Positions 61,563 to 64,000 of a DNA stretch of 64,000 nucleotides are shown here, in pieces. Within the stretch, counting starts at the first letter, position 1; each line of letters opens with the position of its first letter. The notes under the pieces were generated by a model. That model made no database searches. It was not told the DNA's origin and saw only the letters and a list, made by a program, of their open reading frames with translations. The position numbers and the translations under genes were made by a program. This DNA is from a virus: positions 1 to 64,000 of IMG/VR virus record IMGVR_UViG_3300045988_127105; one strand, written 5' to 3'.

Positions 61563-61814
61563 TTAGAATTTTTCTCTGATTTTCTGATATTGTTTAACGA
61601 ATTTCTTTTCCGTAACCCACTCGCTGTATCGTGTGCGATAGTAAGTCTTGGGTTTGCCTGATACCAAGCCGTTCTTGTCGCGAGGGGTATTGACGCTCTT
61701 GTATATCTTCGGAACGATGTCGGTGGACTGGTATGCCGTAATGTATTCGTCCTCGAAGGCTATGTGTGCGGTCTCACGGAACTTGACGTTTTCGAGAGAG
61801 AAGGGGCAGCTCAT
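61563..61814 (-). CDS. Hypothetical protein
   Basis: ORF 61563-61907. The ATG at 61814 gives an ATGA overlap with the upstream stop. Confidence 0.45.
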   Translation of the reverse strand: MSCPFSLENVKFRETAHIAFEDEYITAYQSTDIVPKIYKSVNTPRDKNGLVSGKPKTYYRTRYSEWVTEKKFVKQYQKIREKF

Positions 61815-62533
61815 TCGCTGCCTCCTTCCGTGTATGGGTCTGTTGTGCCAAGCAGGTGTTCGTTTGCCTCGTAGGGGATGCAGTAACGATAATGGGTGTT
61901 TATACAAACATAAGGATAGTATTTATCATCCTCATTATAATGTGAGAAAAAGTTAGCGTACCATAAATCTCCTTCTTCGTCCCTCACAAGCACCTTGTCA
62001 AACGGCTTGTACGGACATTCGGGCTTTACAGGCTCTACTTGCAGAGTGTCGGGATTGTAATTGCCACCAAAGAACTTTTCCATGTCGGAGATAAATTTGT
62101 CACGTTGTTCGTCACTTGCCTTGACAAAGTCATCTGTAGAAAGGACCCTTTTGTCTCTTTTTGCAAATCCCCCTTTTTTTAATTGAAAGACAGAAGCTTT
62201 GAAAGAGGTGTAAGAATCGTCAGTCCATTCTTCGACAAGAACTCCACAACCATTGAATGAATGTATAGCCACGTCCCCTCGCTTGAAGAACTTGCTCCAG
62301 TCGCGCATTTCTGAGGAGGGAAAGAGGATGCATTCTGCAGAGTGGTATTGTTCATAAAGTCGACCATCTGAAGTAAATGTACCAGTGCTATCAATACCAA
62401 TAGTTATATTTATTGGATATGTATAATTACTGTTCACTTTCAAAAGTTCTATCTCGCCATATATCGGTGAGTACAGCTTCATCCCCTTCGGGCAGTCCTT
62501 CAATATCTCTGCTATATTAATCTTGTTTTCCAT
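61811..62533 (-). CDS. Hypothetical protein
   Basis: 240-aa ORF. Confidence 0.55.
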   Translation of the reverse strand: MENKINIAEILKDCPKGMKLYSPIYGEIELLKVNSNYTYPINITIGIDSTGTFTSDGRLYEQYHSAECILFPSSEMRDWSKFFKRGDVAIHSFNGCGVLVEEWTDDSYTSFKASVFQLKKGGFAKRDKRVLSTDDFVKASDEQRDKFISDMEKFFGGNYNPDTLQVEPVKPECPYKPFDKVLVRDEEGDLWYANFFSHYNEDDKYYPYVCINTHYRYCIPYEANEHLLGTTDPYTEGGSE

Positions 62534-62569
62534 TGTTGTAATTTTTATTGTAAAACATTTCCGTAAATT

Positions 62570-62818
62570 CTATTTTCCCGTTGGTATTTCTTCGTCAGTT
62601 CCATGCGTGATCGAATCATATTGTCTGCAAATCTGCTTGTACACCAGCTTGCGCCATTCGTCAGCAGACTTGCCGTTTAGACTGTCAGCATACTCTTTGA
62701 TAATAGTCAGAGCCTGATATGCGCCAAAGTAAGCACTATTTAAATTGCTCTGATGTATCTCTTTTTCTGTCACTCCACCAAGAAGGTGTATGAGCCATGT
62801 CTTGATTTTCTTCTTCAT
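62570..62818 (-). CDS. Hypothetical protein
   Basis: 82-aa ORF. Confidence 0.45.
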   Translation of the reverse strand: MKKKIKTWLIHLLGGVTEKEIHQSNLNSAYFGAYQALTIIKEYADSLNGKSADEWRKLVYKQICRQYDSITHGTDEEIPTGK

Positions 62819-63063
62819 AGTTGTATGTTTCCCCTTATGAAAGGTTGTGAGGATTGAGTCCTTAGAAGATGGACTTTGACTAACTTGTGTACAGCACGTG
62901 GCTGCGCCTTGTTAAAATCATTAACTATACGACGTTCAAGTTCTGTGTGCCATACAGGTTTATCTGTGCCAGGAAGAGTGTTTTCGGCACGGACTCGCTG
63001 ACCGTTGTCAAAAGTGAGGATAGCTGTGCGCTGCTCACGAGGTACAAATGGATTGTGTTTCAT
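62815..63063 (-). CDS. Hypothetical protein
   Basis: 82 aa. Overlaps the next start by 4 nt. Confidence 0.45.
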   Translation of the reverse strand: MKHNPFVPREQRTAILTFDNGQRVRAENTLPGTDKPVWHTELERRIVNDFNKAQPRAVHKLVKVHLLRTQSSQPFIRGNIQL

Positions 63064-63176
63064 TTCGCACTCCTTTCTGAAGATTGTATCGTTTTGTTAT
63101 TTTTTACTTTGATGTTTATAGGAGTATCTTCTTTGAAGTATTCCCATGATAATCTTCCTTCATTACTCTGTCGTTT

Positions 63177-63824
63177 TTATCGTTTCTTTACATTCTCATA
63201 CAGCTCCACGATTTCCTCGTCTGTCAGCTCACCTTCCTTGTCCAGTCCATACAGAAAGAATTTCTCCTTTGATATGGACGTCACACCTGCCTGTGCTGCA
63301 AACACCGATATACCTCTTAGTGTGCCCGTCTTGCGGAATATGTCCACTATCTTTCGCACGTAGGCGATGAAGTTTTGTGTCTGCTTGTCGTAGACAATTC
63401 TGCAATCTTTCGTCGGCTCATCTTTGTCTGACGGTTCTTCTGCACTGCTGTCAAACAGTTCCTCTATAGCGCCGATATTCAACCCAGCCTTGCGCAATTG
63501 GTTGCCGTACGCCTTTAAGCTGCCGCACAGTTGCTTCACTACCTCCACCGTATAGCGTGCGCCCTTCAGTTTCTCATACTCTTGGTTGAGATTGTCGTAC
63601 TGTTTTTTCAGGTGCTTGTATTCGCCCTCAATGGCGCTTTGCTTGTTCTTCGCCTCCATACGCTCAAGCATATTGCGATAGAGCACGTCCTTCTGCTCTA
63701 CGAGCATGTTCAGACGTTCGTTCTCCTTTTTTAGCTCATCGCGCTCTGCCACCACCTTGTCGTAGTTGCGCAGTATTATACGTGCCTGGTCTATAGGCGA
63801 GAGGTCTTTGTTCATTGTTGCCAT
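63177..63824 (-). CDS. Hypothetical protein with N-terminal coiled coil
   Basis: 215-aa ORF. ERDELKKENERLNMLVEQKD ... is heptad-like. Confidence 0.55.
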   Translation of the reverse strand: MATMNKDLSPIDQARIILRNYDKVVAERDELKKENERLNMLVEQKDVLYRNMLERMEAKNKQSAIEGEYKHLKKQYDNLNQEYEKLKGARYTVEVVKQLCGSLKAYGNQLRKAGLNIGAIEELFDSSAEEPSDKDEPTKDCRIVYDKQTQNFIAYVRKIVDIFRKTGTLRGISVFAAQAGVTSISKEKFFLYGLDKEGELTDEEIVELYENVKKR

Positions 63825-63837
63825 AATTGTAATAGTT

Positions 63838-64000
63838 TTATTGCTTATTGTTATTCGATTCTACTATGCAACTCAGCTGTTCCACCTGTTGCTGCAACTT
63901 AAACATCTCCTTGCTCGCATGGTCTCTCTCCATTCTTGCCTCTGCTACAAGTACCGAACCTACAGCCACACTCGCTATCAGCACCACTGCTACGCATACC
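63838..64000 (-). CDS. 3' part of a gene truncated by the window edge
   Basis: The open frame reads ... VAVVLIASVAVGSVLVAEARMERDHASKEMFKLQQQVEQLSCIVESNNNKQ, with its stop at 63838-63840. Confidence 0.3.
   Translation of the reverse strand, partial: VCVAVVLIASVAVGSVLVAEARMERDHASKEMFKLQQQVEQLSCIVESNNNKQ

Larger units (their letters stand above)
1..64000. mobile_element. Segment of a temperate tailed phage / prophage, probably of a Bacteroidota host
   Basis: Integrase, lysis cassette, XRE repressor with divergent operator region, TerL, portal, capsid-like and tail-fibre genes in dense same-strand blocks. TAnnTTTG boxes lie upstream of several operons. Confidence 0.85.

Noticed and set aside
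1-64000. Genome-wide stop-codon reassignment (TGA or TAG recoding), as seen in some gut phages.
   Set aside because: Under the standard code the window is already densely and continuously coding, including a 6,013-codon ORF. Several genes end at TGA or TAG in sensible positions. Only one in-frame TGA (60565-60567) was found.

Overview
The window reads as one contiguous piece of a temperate tailed phage or prophage. The host is probably a Bacteroidota species, because several operons are preceded by TAnnTTTG (-7 type) boxes, the integrase is Bacteroides-type, and PcfJ/PcfK-like genes are present.

Layout:
- 1-8.4 kb, plus strand: putative att-proximal repeats and a tyrosine integrase. A holin / GH19 endolysin / unimolecular-spanin-like lysis cassette and an excisionase-like HTH follow. 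Next come an operon of unknown proteins, three small lipoproteins and a rhomboid-type intramembrane protease.
- 8.5-17.7 kb, minus strand: portal, three small structural genes, a TerS-like gene, TerL and an 888-aa protein.
- 17.9-25.6 kb, plus strand: scaffold-like and capsid-like genes, connector-sized genes and a cassette of four or five tail-fibre genes.
- 25.7-46.4 kb, minus strand: three internal-protein-like genes, then a single 18,042-nt ORF. It encodes a 6,013-aa polyvalent protein with three HExxH modules, an N6-adenine-type methyltransferase, an SNF2-like helicase and a tentative ParB-like stretch.
- 46.5-47.6 kb: an ORF-free region containing ~43-bp tandem repeats.
- 47.6-48.1 kb: an XRE repressor with a four-operator divergent switch.
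- 48.1-54.7 kb, plus strand: an early operon of small genes separated by conserved hairpin elements. It includes a PcfK-like / PcfJ-like pair.
- 54.8-64 kb, minus strand: a block of small accessory genes. These include YopX, a DUF2829 (Tad2/AcrIIA7-like) protein and an ASCH gene interrupted by an in-frame TGA.

The most unusual signals:
- the giant polyvalent ORF;
- a 12-mer, GTGTTACAACAC, present seven times in one orientation, four of them at module boundaries of the giant ORF;
- near-identical linker repeats inside that ORF;
- covarying hairpin families in the early operon.

No rRNA, tRNA, CRISPR array or reverse transcriptase was seen. All family names come from motifs I recognised by eye. 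No database search was run.
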